Source of the DNA: Actinobacteria bacterium RBG_16_64_13
GTDB taxonomy: Bacteria > Actinomycetota > Thermoleophilia > RBG-16-64-13
NCBI GenBank assembly: GCA_001768675.1
Contig: MELN01000020.1
Coordinates: 42,666-78,986, forward strand
Direction: 5' to 3'
DNA length: 36,321 nucleotides
Both the position numbers and the translations under genes were made by a program. Under the pieces are notes generated by a model that was not told where the DNA came from, did not search any database, and worked only from the letters and a program-made list of their open reading frames with translations. The stretch's first letter is position 1. Each line of letters opens with the position of its first letter. Shown in pieces: positions 26,978-36,241 of the stretch.

Positions 26978-27316
26978 ATGGTCAACGCAACCGCCAAATA
27001 CGTGCGGGTCTCCCCGCGCAAAGCCGGTGATGTGGCCCGGCTCATCCGGGGCAAGAGAGTGGCCGAAGCCAAGGCCATCTTGTCGCTCAGCCCACGAGCT
27101 GCCGCCAAGCTGGTAGGCAAGGTCCTCGCCTCCGCGGTGGCCAACGCCGAGAACAATCATGACCTCGACGCCGACGACCTGTATGTGGTCTCGGCATTCG
27201 TGGACGGTGGTCCCACCCTCAAGCGGTTCAAGCCGCGTGCAATGGGGCGGGCCAGCCGCATAAACAAGAGGACGAGTCACATCACCGTATGCGTCGACGA
27301 GAAAAAGGAGTCGTAG
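26978..27316 (+). CDS. rplV: 50S ribosomal protein L22
   Basis: ATG 26978 follows AGGAAG; an alternative GTG start lies at 26969. Begins [26 protein letters not shown]. Confidence 0.95.
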   Translation: MVNATAKYVRVSPRKAGDVARLIRGKRVAEAKAILSLSPRAAAKLVGKVLASAVANAENNHDLDADDLYVVSAFVDGGPTLKRFKPRAMGRASRINKRTSHITVCVDEKKES

Positions 27317-27319
27317 CAG

Positions 27320-27994
27320 GTGGGTCAGAAAGTTCATCCCGGAGGCATGCGGCTTGGCATCATCCATGACTGGAAGGCTCACTGGTACACCGAGAGGCAG
27401 TTTGCCAGTTTTCTCCACGAGGATCTGGCCATCCGCAAGCACATCCAGCGAAAGATGGGGCATGCCGGCCTGTCCGCCATCATCATCCGCAAGGATACGA
27501 ACAAGCTGGTCGTCGACATCAACACGGCGCGGCCCGGCATAGTCATAGGCAAGTCGGGCTCCGAAGTGGATTCGCTCAGGCGTGACCTCCACGACATGAC
27601 GGGCAAGACAGTGCACGTCAACATCGTCGAGATCAAACGGCCCGAGCTCGATGCCAACCTGGTCGCCCAGTCCATCGCCGAGCAGCTCGCCAATCGGGTG
27701 AGTTTTCGCCGGGCGATGAAGCGGGCGATCACTTCGGCAATGCGTTCCGGCGCCGTGGGCATCAAAGTGAAGTCCGGCGGACGTCTGGGCGGGGCCGAGA
27801 TGGCGCGCATCGAGGGTTACAGTGAGGGGCGCGTGCCTCTGCATACCCTGCGGGCCGACATCGACTACGGTTTTTGCGAGGCCGACACGACGTTCGGCAA
27901 GATCGGCGTGAAGGTTTGGATAAACAAGGGTGAGATCATGCCCGAGGGATTCGATCTGGGGTCCCGGGGGCAGTCGGAAGCCCGTCTAGGTTGA
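27320..27994 (+). CDS. rpsC: 30S ribosomal protein S3
   Basis: 224 aa with a GTG start. Begins [14 protein letters not shown] and has a KH domain. Confidence 0.98.
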   Translation: MGQKVHPGGMRLGIIHDWKAHWYTERQFASFLHEDLAIRKHIQRKMGHAGLSAIIIRKDTNKLVVDINTARPGIVIGKSGSEVDSLRRDLHDMTGKTVHVNIVEIKRPELDANLVAQSIAEQLANRVSFRRAMKRAITSAMRSGAVGIKVKSGGRLGGAEMARIEGYSEGRVPLHTLRADIDYGFCEADTTFGKIGVKVWINKGEIMPEGFDLGSRGQSEARLG

Positions 27995-28038
27995 CGGTCG
28001 CGGATCTGGGTCCGTCGAACGAAGAACGAGGATAAGAC

Positions 28039-28464
28039 ATGCTACTACCAAAACGGGTTAAGCACCGCAAACAGCACCGGGGCCGCATGGCCGGGATGGC
28101 GAAAGGCCAAAACACAGTCCATTTCGGCGAATACGGTCTTCAGGCGCTGGAGCCGGGCTGGGTTACCAGCCGGCAGATTGAAGCTGCTCGTATCGCCATG
28201 ACCCGGAAGATCAAGCGCGGCGGCAAGGTGTGGATCAACATCTTCCCGCAGAAGCCCATCACCAAGAAGCCCGCCGAAACCCGTATGGGCTCCGGCAAGG
28301 GTTCTCCTGACCAGTGGGTGGCCGTGGTGAAACCGGGCCGCGTGATGTTCGAGTTGGCGGGGGTCTCCGAGGAATTGGCCAAGGAAGCCATCCGCGTGGC
28401 GGCGCACAAACTTCCTGTCAAATGCAGATTCGCGACCAGGGAGGACGGGGGCATTGAAGGTTAA
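28039..28464 (+). CDS. rplP: 50S ribosomal protein L16
   Basis: 141 aa. Begins [17 protein letters not shown]. Confidence 0.98.
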   Translation: MLLPKRVKHRKQHRGRMAGMAKGQNTVHFGEYGLQALEPGWVTSRQIEAARIAMTRKIKRGGKVWINIFPQKPITKKPAETRMGSGKGSPDQWVAVVKPGRVMFELAGVSEELAKEAIRVAAHKLPVKCRFATREDGGIEG

Positions 28465-28654
28465 GGACATAGTCGAGCTTGCTGACGAAGAACTGGCCCA
28501 GCGTCTCAAGCAGTCGCGCGAGGAGCTGTTCAACCTGCGGTTCCAGCATGCGGCCGGCCAACTGGAGAACACCAGCCGCCTCCGCCAAGTGCGCCAGGAC
28601 ATCGCCAGGATCATGACGGTGCAGTCTGTTAGAGAACGGGCAGGGGAGCTTTGA
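28454..28654 (+). CDS. rpmC: 50S ribosomal protein L29
   Basis: 66 aa. The TTG start overlaps the rplP end. Contains [31 protein letters not shown]. Confidence 0.93.
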   Translation: MKVKDIVELADEELAQRLKQSREELFNLRFQHAAGQLENTSRLRQVRQDIARIMTVQSVRERAGEL

Positions 28655-28917
28655 TGGCCGAGAAGCGAGCCACAGCGCAGAGGGAGCGGCAGGGCGTGGT
28701 CGTCTCCGACAAGATGGAAAAGACGATAGTCGTGCAGGTGAGCGCGGTGAAGCCTCACGCCCAGTACCAGAAGGTTATCCGCACGACCGATCGCTTGAAG
28801 GCTCATGACGAGCAGAACGAGGCTCGGGTCGGGGACACCGTGTTGGTGCGCGAATGCCGGCCGCTTTCACGGGACAAGACCTGGCGCCTGATCAAGGTGC
28901 TCGAACGGGCCGAGTAG
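28654..28917 (+). CDS. rpsQ: 30S ribosomal protein S17
   Basis: The ATG overlaps the rpmC TGA (ATGA). Contains RQGVVVSDKMEKTIVVQV. Confidence 0.96.
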   Translation: MAEKRATAQRERQGVVVSDKMEKTIVVQVSAVKPHAQYQKVIRTTDRLKAHDEQNEARVGDTVLVRECRPLSRDKTWRLIKVLERAE

Positions 28918-28945
28918 CCCGCCGGCGGGAGATGGGTGACAAACG

Positions 28946-29314
28946 ATGATACAGGTGGAAACAAGACTGAGGGTCGCCGACAACACCGGCGCGCGTGAGC
29001 TTTTGTGCATCCGCATCAAGGGCGGGTCGCAGCGGCGCTACGCCGGCGTGGGCGACATCATAGTGGGGGCGGTCAAAGAGGCCACCCCGGGCGGCGCCGT
29101 CAAAAAAGGCGACGTGGTGCAGGCGGTCGTCGTGCGGGTGAAGAAGGCATACGGCCGCCGGGACGGCACATACATCGGGTTCGACGAGAACGCGGCCGTG
29201 CTTATCGACCGGCAGATGAACCCGCGGGGCACGAGGATCTTCGGCCCTGTGGGGCGTGAACTTCGTGAGAAGAACTTCGCGAAGATCATCTCGCTGGCCC
29301 CGGAGGTGCTGTGA
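28946..29314 (+). CDS. rplN: 50S ribosomal protein L14
   Basis: 122 aa. Begins [24 protein letters not shown]. Confidence 0.98.
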   Translation: MIQVETRLRVADNTGARELLCIRIKGGSQRRYAGVGDIIVGAVKEATPGGAVKKGDVVQAVVVRVKKAYGRRDGTYIGFDENAAVLIDRQMNPRGTRIFGPVGRELREKNFAKIISLAPEVL

Positions 29315-29661
29315 TGGCCACCGCGACCGCCAGGCACACCAAGAAGTTCCGCATCAAGAAGGGTGACACCGTCGAGGTCGTGCAAGGCAAGGAGAACGCC
29401 AAGCGGGGCAAGGTCCTCCACGTTCTGGAGGCCGAAGAACGTATCGTGGTGGAACGGGTCAACTTCATCAAGCGGCACATCCGGCCGTCGAAAAAGACCC
29501 CGCAGGGCGGAGTCATCGAGCGCGAAGCCAGCATGCACATCAGCAACGTGAAGTTGGTCTGCCCCAGCTGCAACAACGCCGTCCGCGTGGGCGTGCGTAT
29601 GGAGGGCGAGGACAAGATCCGCTACTGCAAGAAGTGCAACGTCCAGGTGGATAAGGGTTAG
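29314..29661 (+). CDS. rplX: 50S ribosomal protein L24 (with a C-terminal CxxC...CxxC motif)
   Basis: ATG 29314 overlaps the rplN stop; an alternative GTG start lies at 29311. It has the KOW block [20 protein letters not shown], plus Cys83/86/105/108 (CPSC...CKKC). Confidence 0.95.
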   Translation: MATATARHTKKFRIKKGDTVEVVQGKENAKRGKVLHVLEAEERIVVERVNFIKRHIRPSKKTPQGGVIEREASMHISNVKLVCPSCNNAVRVGVRMEGEDKIRYCKKCNVQVDKG

Positions 29662-29663
29662 CG

Positions 29664-30211
29664 ATGGCAGTTCCCAGACTTAAAGAGAGATACCATACCG
29701 ACATCGTGCCGGCCATGCGAGATCGGTTCGGCTACGCGAACGTCATGCAGGTTCCCAAGGTCACCAAGCTGACTCTGAACATGGGCATCGGCGAGGGCAC
29801 GCACGACGCCAAGGTGCTGGAAGAGGCGGCTACACAGCTGGGCCAGATTACCGGCCAGAAGGCGCAGATTCGGCGAGCGCGCAAGTCGGTGGCCAACTTC
29901 AAGCTTCGGGCCGGCATGCCGTAGGCCTGCGTGTCACTCTGCGCGGCGACCGCATGTACGAGATGCTCGACCGGCTGATGAGCATCGCTCTGCCCCGCAT
30001 CCGCGACTTCCGTGGCGTAGCCCCCAGCGGTTTCGATGGCCAGGGCAACTACAACATGGGCATCAAAGAGCAGATCATCTTCCCGGAGATCGACTACGAC
30101 AAGATCGACAAGCTCCGGGGTCTTGATATCGCCATCACTACCACGGCCAAAACCGACGACGAGGGACGGGCACTCCTCAAGTTCATGGGCATGCCTTTCC
30201 GCGAGAGCTGA
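29664..30211 (+). pseudogene. rplE: 50S ribosomal protein L5, reading frame broken by an apparent 1-nt deletion at ~29921 (probably an assembly artefact rather than a dead gene)
   Basis: The two ORF-track pieces (29664..29924 and 29954..30211) are the N- and C-halves of L5. Reading G29921 twice restores ...[26 protein letters not shown]..., which is collinear with canonical L5 (REGMPIGxKVTLRGERM). The total length of 548 nt is one short of a multiple of three. Confidence 0.9.
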
Positions 30212-30230
30212 AGGATAGGAGCATCAGCGC

Positions 30231-30416
30231 ATGGCAAAGAAATCAATGATCGCAAAGGCACGGCGGCCGCAGAAATATGCGGTCCGGGCCCACAACCGTT
30301 GCCTCCGCTGCGGCCGGCCCCGTGGTTATCTCCGCCGTTTCGGCCTGTGTCGTATTTGTCTTCGTGAGCTGGCCCACCAGGGATTCATCCCTGGGGTCAC
30401 CAAGTCAAGCTGGTAG
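30231..30416 (+). CDS. rpsN: 30S ribosomal protein S14 type Z (zinc-binding)
   Basis: 61 aa. It has [20 protein letters not shown] and the C-terminal KSSW. Confidence 0.97.
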   Translation: MAKKSMIAKARRPQKYAVRAHNRCLRCGRPRGYLRRFGLCRICLRELAHQGFIPGVTKSSW

Positions 30417-30424
30417 GAGGGGTC

Positions 30425-30823
30425 ATGTCGCAAACCGATCCCATCGCCGACATGCTGACCCGTGTGCGGAACGCCAACAAGGCGCTGCACGCCCAGGTCG
30501 AGATGCCGGCCTCTGCCCAAAAGGTGGAGTTGGCCCGCCTTCTCAAAGACGAGGGCTATATCGCCGGCTACTCGATAGTCAAAGAAGGGAGCTTCGACAA
30601 GCTGGTGGTCGAGCTCAAGTACACTGACGGCCGTCGCCGCGTCATCTCGCAGGTGAAGAGGGTCAGTAAGCCGGGCCGCCGCATCTACGCCAAGAAGGAC
30701 AACCTTCCCAGAGTCCTCGGGGGCTTGGGCACGGCCGTCATCTCCACTTCACGTGGCTTGATGACCGCTCGGGAAGCGCAACGGCTGGGTGTTGGCGGCG
30801 AAGTCGTCTGCTTCGTCTGGTAA
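30425..30823 (+). CDS. rpsH: 30S ribosomal protein S8
   Basis: 132 aa. Begins [17 protein letters not shown]. Confidence 0.98.
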   Translation: MSQTDPIADMLTRVRNANKALHAQVEMPASAQKVELARLLKDEGYIAGYSIVKEGSFDKLVVELKYTDGRRRVISQVKRVSKPGRRIYAKKDNLPRVLGGLGTAVISTSRGLMTAREAQRLGVGGEVVCFVW

Positions 30824-30827
30824 TGCT

Positions 30828-31361
30828 ATGTCAAGAATAGGTAGAGCACCCATATCAGTCCCGGCCGGCGTGGATATCGTTATCGCCGGGAACAACGTCG
30901 CGGTCAAGGGCCCCAAGGGGCATTTGTCGCTGGACGTTCACCCTAGCATGAGCGTGGCGCTGGACAACGGCGTCATGACCGTCACGAGGCCCGACGATTC
31001 GGGACCCAACCGGTCCCTTCACGGCCTTACGCGCACTCTTATTTCCAACATGGTCACCGGGGTGACGGCTGGATTCGAGAAGAAGCTCGAGATCCAGGGC
31101 GTCGGTTATCGCGCCTCCAAGAAAGGCGCCGACCTGGAGATCCTGGTCGGGTACTCCCACCCCGTGGTCGTGCCGCCCCCGGAGAATATCGAGTTCGAGG
31201 TGCCTGTGCCCACGCAGATCGTGGTCAGGGGCATCGACAAGCAACGTGTCGGCCAGGTTGCCGCCGAGATCCGCTCCATCCGGAAGCCCGAGCCCTACAA
31301 GGGCAAAGGCATCCGCTACGAGGGCGAAGTGGTGCGGCGCAAGGTCGGCAAGCGGGCGTAG
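30828..31361 (+). CDS. rplF: 50S ribosomal protein L6
   Basis: ATG 30828 lies 4 nt after the rpsH stop. Begins [17 protein letters not shown]. The ORF-track start at 30789 overlaps rpsH and was rejected. Confidence 0.96.
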   Translation: MSRIGRAPISVPAGVDIVIAGNNVAVKGPKGHLSLDVHPSMSVALDNGVMTVTRPDDSGPNRSLHGLTRTLISNMVTGVTAGFEKKLEIQGVGYRASKKGADLEILVGYSHPVVVPPPENIEFEVPVPTQIVVRGIDKQRVGQVAAEIRSIRKPEPYKGKGIRYEGEVVRRKVGKRA

Positions 31362-31541
31362 GGAGCGACACGAAATGAAGACACGCCAACAGGCCGCGAT
31401 GGACGCGGGCGAGGCAAGGACGCAAAGAGTGCTCGTAGCAGCGCTACGGGCGCGACCGAGGACGATGCATCGCACTGTCCAGTGCGGACTCGGTGGCCGC
31501 GATTTCGTTTCGCGTCGCGACCACAACAGGAAGAGGAGAGC
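31362..31541 (+). other. Structured 180-nt insert between rplF and rplR (candidate cis-regulatory RNA, miniature inverted-repeat element, or small basic ORF)
   Basis: The ends pair: 31365-31380 with 31503-31518, ~15 bp with one mismatch and G-U pairs. Internal hairpins lie at 31394-31408, 31429-31453 (11 bp) and 31455-31494 (two-tier). All other junctions in the spc cluster are under 50 nt. Confidence 0.4.
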
Positions 31542-31898
31542 ATGAGCATTCAGGATAGTCACAACGCGATGCGGGCGCGACGCGCAGTCCGTGTGCGCAG
31601 CAAGGTGCGCGGCACGGCCGACCGTCCCCGTCTTTCCGTCTTCCGGTCCAACCGGGCCGTCTGGGCGCAGGTCATCGATGATGGCACTGGTCGCACTCTG
31701 GCCAGCGCCGGCAGCGTCCATGTGACCGAGAAAGGCCTGTCGAAGAAGGATCAAGCCGCGAAAGTCGGCGAGCTTCTGGCCCAACGGGCCAAAGCGGCCG
31801 GTGTGGAGCGGGTAGTGTTCGACAGGGGTCCGTACCTGTATCACGGTCGAGTAAGAGCTCTGGCGGACGGTGCTCGCCAGGCCGGCCTGGACTTCTGA
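31542..31898 (+). CDS. rplR: 50S ribosomal protein L18
   Basis: ATG 31542 follows AGGAAGAGGAG. It is 118 aa and contains [35 protein letters not shown]. Confidence 0.96.
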   Translation: MSIQDSHNAMRARRAVRVRSKVRGTADRPRLSVFRSNRAVWAQVIDDGTGRTLASAGSVHVTEKGLSKKDQAAKVGELLAQRAKAAGVERVVFDRGPYLYHGRVRALADGARQAGLDF

Positions 31899-31917
31899 AG
31901 GAGAGTGAGGTAGCACT

Positions 31918-32469
31918 TTGGCACAGATCAAGGCAGATACGCTTAACCTTCAGGAGAGCGTGATCCACATCAACCGCGTGGCGAAGGTCGTCAAGGGCGG
32001 CCGGCGCTTCTCGTTCACGGCTCTGGTAGCAGTGGGAGACGGCGAGAGTACGGTTGGCATCGGCTACGGCAAGGCAAAAGAGGTTCCCCTTGCCATCCAG
32101 AAGGCCATCGAGGACGCTCGCAAGAACCTGTTTGTGGTGCCCAAGCATGGGACCACCATCACGCATGAGGTGCTCGGTCACTACGGGGCGGGCCGCGTGA
32201 TAATGCGGCCGGCTTCTGCAGGGACGGGCGTCATAGCGGGCGGTGGGGTTCGGGCTCTGCTCGAACTGGGAGGGGTCCGCGACGTCCTCACCAAGAGTCT
32301 GGGCACGACCAACCCTATCAACATGGTGCGCGCGGCCGAGCAGGGGCTTCGCGCCCTGCGCCGGCCCGAGGATATCGCCATGCAGCGCGGTAAGACGGTG
32401 CGAGAGATCGTAGGTATGCGTCCGGTCGAGGCACCGGCGCCTGCAGCGGCAGCCCCGGCCGGGGAGTGA
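31918..32469 (+). CDS. rpsE: 30S ribosomal protein S5
   Basis: 183 aa with a TTG start. Contains [27 protein letters not shown]. Confidence 0.97.
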   Translation: MAQIKADTLNLQESVIHINRVAKVVKGGRRFSFTALVAVGDGESTVGIGYGKAKEVPLAIQKAIEDARKNLFVVPKHGTTITHEVLGHYGAGRVIMRPASAGTGVIAGGGVRALLELGGVRDVLTKSLGTTNPINMVRAAEQGLRALRRPEDIAMQRGKTVREIVGMRPVEAPAPAAAAPAGE

Positions 32470-32473
32470 CGAG

Positions 32474-32665
32474 ATGTTGAAGATCACTCAGGTCAAGAGC
32501 CGCATCAATCGCAAGAAGGACCACAAGGCCACACTTGACGCGCTGGGCATCAGCCGCATGTGGCAGACGGTCTACCACGAAGACACGCCGGTCATCCGGG
32601 GCATGGTGCGGAAGATCCGCTACATGGTCCAGGTGGACGAGGTCGAAATCAAGGACAAAGGATAG
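32474..32665 (+). CDS. rpmD: 50S ribosomal protein L30
   Basis: 63 aa. Begins MLKITQVKSRINRKKDHKATLDALGI. Confidence 0.95.
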   Translation: MLKITQVKSRINRKKDHKATLDALGISRMWQTVYHEDTPVIRGMVRKIRYMVQVDEVEIKDKG

Positions 32666-32667
32666 AG

Positions 32668-33141
32668 ATGGCAGACATCTTCCTGCACAATCTGCAGCCC
32701 GACCCCGGGGCCCGGCACAGCAAGAAACGCGTGGGCCGGGGAGAGGGTTCAGGCGTGGGCAAGACGTCGGGCCGGGGCCACAAGGGTTCCAAGCAACGGT
32801 CAGGCGGCCAGATCTCGCCCCGGTACGAGGGCGGTCAGATGCCCTTGCACATGAGGCTGCCCAAACTGCGCGGTCCGCTGGCCAAGACGGCTATGCCGAT
32901 AGGTCCGTTCCGCACTTATATGACGCCCATCAACCTCTCCCGGCTCGCGGTGTTCGCGGCGGGCGAGGTCGTGTCTCCGGAAGCACTGCTGGAGAAGGGC
33001 ATCATCAAGAAGCTTGACGAGAGGGTCAAGATCCTGGCGACGGGTGAACTGACGCAGCCTCTTACCATCAAAGCTCACGGCTTCAGCGCTTCGGCTCTGG
33101 CCAAGATCGAGGCTGCCGGCGGCACGGCGGAAGTGATCTAG
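32668..33141 (+). CDS. rplO: 50S ribosomal protein L15
   Basis: ATG 32668 lies just after the rpmD stop. It is 157 aa and contains KRVGRGEGSGVGKTSGRGHKGSKQRSG. The ORF-track start at 32560 overlaps rpmD and was rejected. Confidence 0.96.
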   Translation: MADIFLHNLQPDPGARHSKKRVGRGEGSGVGKTSGRGHKGSKQRSGGQISPRYEGGQMPLHMRLPKLRGPLAKTAMPIGPFRTYMTPINLSRLAVFAAGEVVSPEALLEKGIIKKLDERVKILATGELTQPLTIKAHGFSASALAKIEAAGGTAEVI

Positions 33142-33186
33142 TAGGATGCGGACCCTCGACGTGCGGACCATAGGGGTGAGAACCTG

Positions 33187-34437
33187 ATGTTCCAGTCTTT
33201 GCTCAACGCCTGGCGGCTCCCGGATCTTCGGAAGAAGCTCCTGTTCACGGCCATGATCATCGCGATCTACCGGCTTGGCTGCTACATCCCGGTGCCGGGC
33301 GTCAGCGTTTCCTCCATCAAGGAGATGTTCAACACCGGAGGAGTGTTCGACTTCTACGATCTCTTCAGCGGCGGCGGTCTGCAACGGGTGGCCATCTTCG
33401 CCATGGGCATCATGCCCTATATCACCGCGTCGATCATCATGCAGTTGCTGACCATGGTGAGCCCTCGCCTCGAAGCGCTCATGAAGGAAGGGCCGGCTGG
33501 ACAGAAGAAGGTCAACCAGTACACCCGGTATTTCACCGTCGTCTTGGCGCTGATCGAGGCCGTCGGCTTCGTCTTCCTATTCCAGAAGTATGGCGCTTTC
33601 CCGCCTGAAGCTCCGCTTACGGCGCTGCGCTTCTTCCTCATCGTGCTCACCCTCACGGTCGGCACTGCTCTGGTCATGTGGCTCGGTGAGCTCATCACCC
33701 AGAGGGGTATCGGCAACGGCATCTCACTGATGATCTTCACCAGCATCGTGTCGCGGCTGCCAAGCGGTCTGCAGATGCTGTTCACCATGAACCCGGCCTA
33801 CTGGGTGGCCATGGGTGTCATCGCCCTGCTCGTTGTCGCCGCCGTCATCTTCGTGACCCAGGGACAGCGGCGCATCCCTGTGCAGTACGCCAAGCGGGTA
33901 GTGGGGCGAAAGGTCTACGGTGGGCAGAGTACCTATCTGCCTCTGCGCGTCAATATGGCCGGGGTCATCCCGGTGATCTTCGCCTCGTCGGTGCTCCTAT
34001 TCCCGGTGACGCTGGCGCAGATGGTCCCCTGGGGCTGGACGCAGAAGTTGGCCGAATGGGTGGGCCCAAACACGTGGTGGTACGTTGCGGTCGAGGTCAT
34101 TCTGATCGTCCTCTTCACCTACTTCTATACGGCTGTCCAGTTCAACCCCATCGACCAGGCGGACAACCTCAAGAAATACGGGGGCTTTGTCCCGGGCATC
34201 CGCCCAGGCCGGCCGACCGCGGCCTATCTCGACCGGGTTCTGACCCGCATCACTTTTCCCGGCGCCCTGTTCTTGGCCGCCATCGTGTTGCTCCCCACCG
34301 CGCTGATCAAGGGTATGAGCGTTCCCTTCTACTTCGGAGGTACCTCCATCTTGATCGTCGTGGGCGTGGCGCTCGACACCATGCAGCAGATGGAATCGCA
34401 GTTACTCATGCGGCACTACGAGGGCTTTCTCAAGTAG
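33187..34437 (+). CDS. secY: Preprotein translocase subunit SecY
   Basis: 416 aa and multi-pass hydrophobic. Contains GIMPYITASIIMQLL and GELITQRGIGNGISLMIF. Confidence 0.98.
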   Translation: MFQSLLNAWRLPDLRKKLLFTAMIIAIYRLGCYIPVPGVSVSSIKEMFNTGGVFDFYDLFSGGGLQRVAIFAMGIMPYITASIIMQLLTMVSPRLEALMKEGPAGQKKVNQYTRYFTVVLALIEAVGFVFLFQKYGAFPPEAPLTALRFFLIVLTLTVGTALVMWLGELITQRGIGNGISLMIFTSIVSRLPSGLQMLFTMNPAYWVAMGVIALLVVAAVIFVTQGQRRIPVQYAKRVVGRKVYGGQSTYLPLRVNMAGVIPVIFASSVLLFPVTLAQMVPWGWTQKLAEWVGPNTWWYVAVEVILIVLFTYFYTAVQFNPIDQADNLKKYGGFVPGIRPGRPTAAYLDRVLTRITFPGALFLAAIVLLPTALIKGMSVPFYFGGTSILIVVGVALDTMQQMESQLLMRHYEGFLK

Positions 34438-34464
34438 CCCGGGCCAAGTGAAAGGATAAGCAAC

Positions 34465-35127
34465 GTGAGTCAATTCAACCTCATCCTGCTCGGACCGCCC
34501 GGCGCGGGTAAAGGCACCCAAGCCGGCCGCATCGTGGCCGAGTACGGTATCCCTCACATCTCCACGGGGGATATCCTGCGCTCGGCCGTGAAGAACCAGA
34601 CGCAGATGGGGCTCGAGGCCAAGAAGTACATGGACGCCGGTGAGTTGGTGCCCGACAGCGTGGTGATCGGCATCGTCAAGGATCGTTTGCAGGAGCCGGA
34701 CACGGCCAAGGGCTTCCTGATGGACGGTTTCCCGCGCACCATCCCCCAGGCCCAAGCCCTGGACGCGGGGTTGGACGATCTCGGCCGCGCCGTCACCAAA
34801 ACTCTGGTCCTCCTCGCCGATGAGGAGTTGCTCGTGGCGCGGCTGACCGGGCGCCGCATCTGCCGCTCGTGCCAGGCTCCATTCCATGTGCTGTTCAACC
34901 TTCCCAAGGCCGAGGGCGTGTGCGACGTGTGTGACGGCGAGCTGTATCAACGCGATGACGACACCGAAGCTACGGTGCGCAACCGGCTGGAGGTCTACCG
35001 CAACCAGACCGAGCCGCTCATCGGCTACTACGACGAGGCCGGGGTGGTGGCCCGTATCGACGGCACCCAGGCGCCGGAGAAGACGTACGAGGACATTCGC
35101 ATGGCCTTGGGCCCGGCCGGCGCGTGA
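34465..35127 (+). CDS. adk: Adenylate kinase (zinc-lid form)
   Basis: 220 aa with a GTG start. It has the P-loop GPPGAGKGTQ and a lid with CRSC...CDVC. Confidence 0.97.
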   Translation: MSQFNLILLGPPGAGKGTQAGRIVAEYGIPHISTGDILRSAVKNQTQMGLEAKKYMDAGELVPDSVVIGIVKDRLQEPDTAKGFLMDGFPRTIPQAQALDAGLDDLGRAVTKTLVLLADEELLVARLTGRRICRSCQAPFHVLFNLPKAEGVCDVCDGELYQRDDDTEATVRNRLEVYRNQTEPLIGYYDEAGVVARIDGTQAPEKTYEDIRMALGPAGA

Positions 35128-35166
35128 TCTCGCTGATGATGGAGTGGCGGGGGTAGTAGTCGCGCT

Positions 35167-35928
35167 GTGATCATCCGGAAGTCACAGGCCGAGATAGAAA
35201 AGATGGCCCGAGCGGGAGCGGTGGTCTGGGGGTGCCTAGACCTTCTGGGACGCAAGATAGAACCGGGCATCACGACGAAAGAGTTGGATCGTTTGGCGGA
35301 GAAGTACATAAGAGACAAGGGCGGAGTGCCGACCTTCAAGGGCTACCGGGGTTTCCCGGGGTCTATCTGCGCGTCTCCTAACGACATGGTGGTCCACGGC
35401 ATCCCGGGCAAGGTCCGGCTTCGCGAAGGCGACGTGCTCGGGGTCGATGTGGGTGTCACCATGGACGGGTACATCGCCGACGGGGCTACCACGTTCCCCG
35501 TGGGAGAGATCTCGGCGAAAGCGCACGAGCTGCTTCGGGTCACCGAGGAGTCGCTGTCCAAGGGGATCGCTCAGTGCCGGATAGGCAATCGTGTGGGCGA
35601 TATCTCTCACGCCGTCCAGACCCACGCGGAGGCCCACGGGTTTTCCGTGGTCGAGAGCATGGTCGGCCATGGAGTTGGCCGCGAGATGCACGAGGATCCG
35701 CAGGTCCCCAACTTTGGTCCGGCGGGCCAGGGACCGGAACTCCGCGAAGGCATGGTGCTCGCCATCGAGCCGATGGTGAATTTTGGTGGCTTCGAAGTGG
35801 AGATGGGAGACGATTCGTGGGCCATCTACACCAAAGATGGCGGTCTGTCGGCTCATTTCGAGCACACCGTGGCCATCACCAAGCACGGGCCGCGCATCCT
35901 TACCACGGCTGAAGTAGCGGGAGGCTAG
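35167..35928 (+). CDS. map: Methionine aminopeptidase, type I
   Basis: 253 aa with a GTG start. Contains MVVHGIPG, DVGVTMDGYIADGA, GHGVGREMHEDP and EPMVN...HFEHTV. Confidence 0.96.
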   Translation: MIIRKSQAEIEKMARAGAVVWGCLDLLGRKIEPGITTKELDRLAEKYIRDKGGVPTFKGYRGFPGSICASPNDMVVHGIPGKVRLREGDVLGVDVGVTMDGYIADGATTFPVGEISAKAHELLRVTEESLSKGIAQCRIGNRVGDISHAVQTHAEAHGFSVVESMVGHGVGREMHEDPQVPNFGPAGQGPELREGMVLAIEPMVNFGGFEVEMGDDSWAIYTKDGGLSAHFEHTVAITKHGPRILTTAEVAGG

Positions 35929-35943
35929 CAGGATGAGGCCTTG

Positions 35944-35952
35944 TGCTAAGAT
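35944..35952 (+). promoter_or_regulatory. Possible extended -10 element (TGCTAAGAT) upstream of infA
   Basis: It has the same TGC-TAnnAT shape as the elements before rplJ and rpsL, and lies in the 77-nt map-infA spacer. Confidence 0.3.
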
Positions 35953-36005
35953 AGACGGCCGGCTGCGGCTTCGCTGGGAAGCGAGATCCAAGTGGGTGGC
36001 GAACT

Positions 36006-36227
36006 GTGTCTCCTAAGGAAGAAGCCATAGAGCTCGAGGGCGAGGTCGTAGAAGCCCTGCCCAACACGATGTTCAGGGTGAAGCTCGACAACGAGCTGGA
36101 GATACTGGCGCATATATCCGGCAAGATGCGCATGAACTACATACGGATACTGCCCGGAGATAGAGTCAAAGTGGAGTTATCGCCTTATGATCTGACCCGG
36201 GGTCGGATCACGTATCGGTTCAAGTAG
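36006..36227 (+). CDS. infA: Translation initiation factor IF-1
   Basis: 73 aa with a GTG start. Contains [22 protein letters not shown]...[33 protein letters not shown]. Confidence 0.97.
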   Translation: MSPKEEAIELEGEVVEALPNTMFRVKLDNELEILAHISGKMRMNYIRILPGDRVKVELSPYDLTRGRITYRFK

Positions 36228-36241
36228 AGGAAGGGCGCTAA

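Noticed and set aside
26867-27844. 325-aa minus-strand ORF opposite rpsS/rplV/rpsC, and a 358-aa minus-strand ORF at 30855-31931 opposite rplF/rplR.
   Set aside because: The same high-GC antisense artefact. They span several independent sense genes and intergenic junctions, which real genes would not do.
29916-29926. Programmed ribosomal frameshift in rplE.
   Set aside because: The required shift is -1 at CCG-TAG with no slippery heptamer and no obvious downstream stimulatory structure. A stop-stimulated prfB-like event would go +1, into the wrong frame. A 1-nt consensus indel is the simpler explanation.
31375-31545. 56-aa Arg-rich ORF inside the rplF-rplR insert, as an annotated CDS.
   Set aside because: It has an RBS and an ATGA overlap with rplR, but its codon usage is rich in codons that the neighbouring genes avoid, and it has no recognisable family. 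It stays as a hypothesis in the findings and is not called as a gene. I also considered a 5S-rRNA-like mimic for L18 binding, but I could not derive a convincing 5S-type three-way junction by hand.
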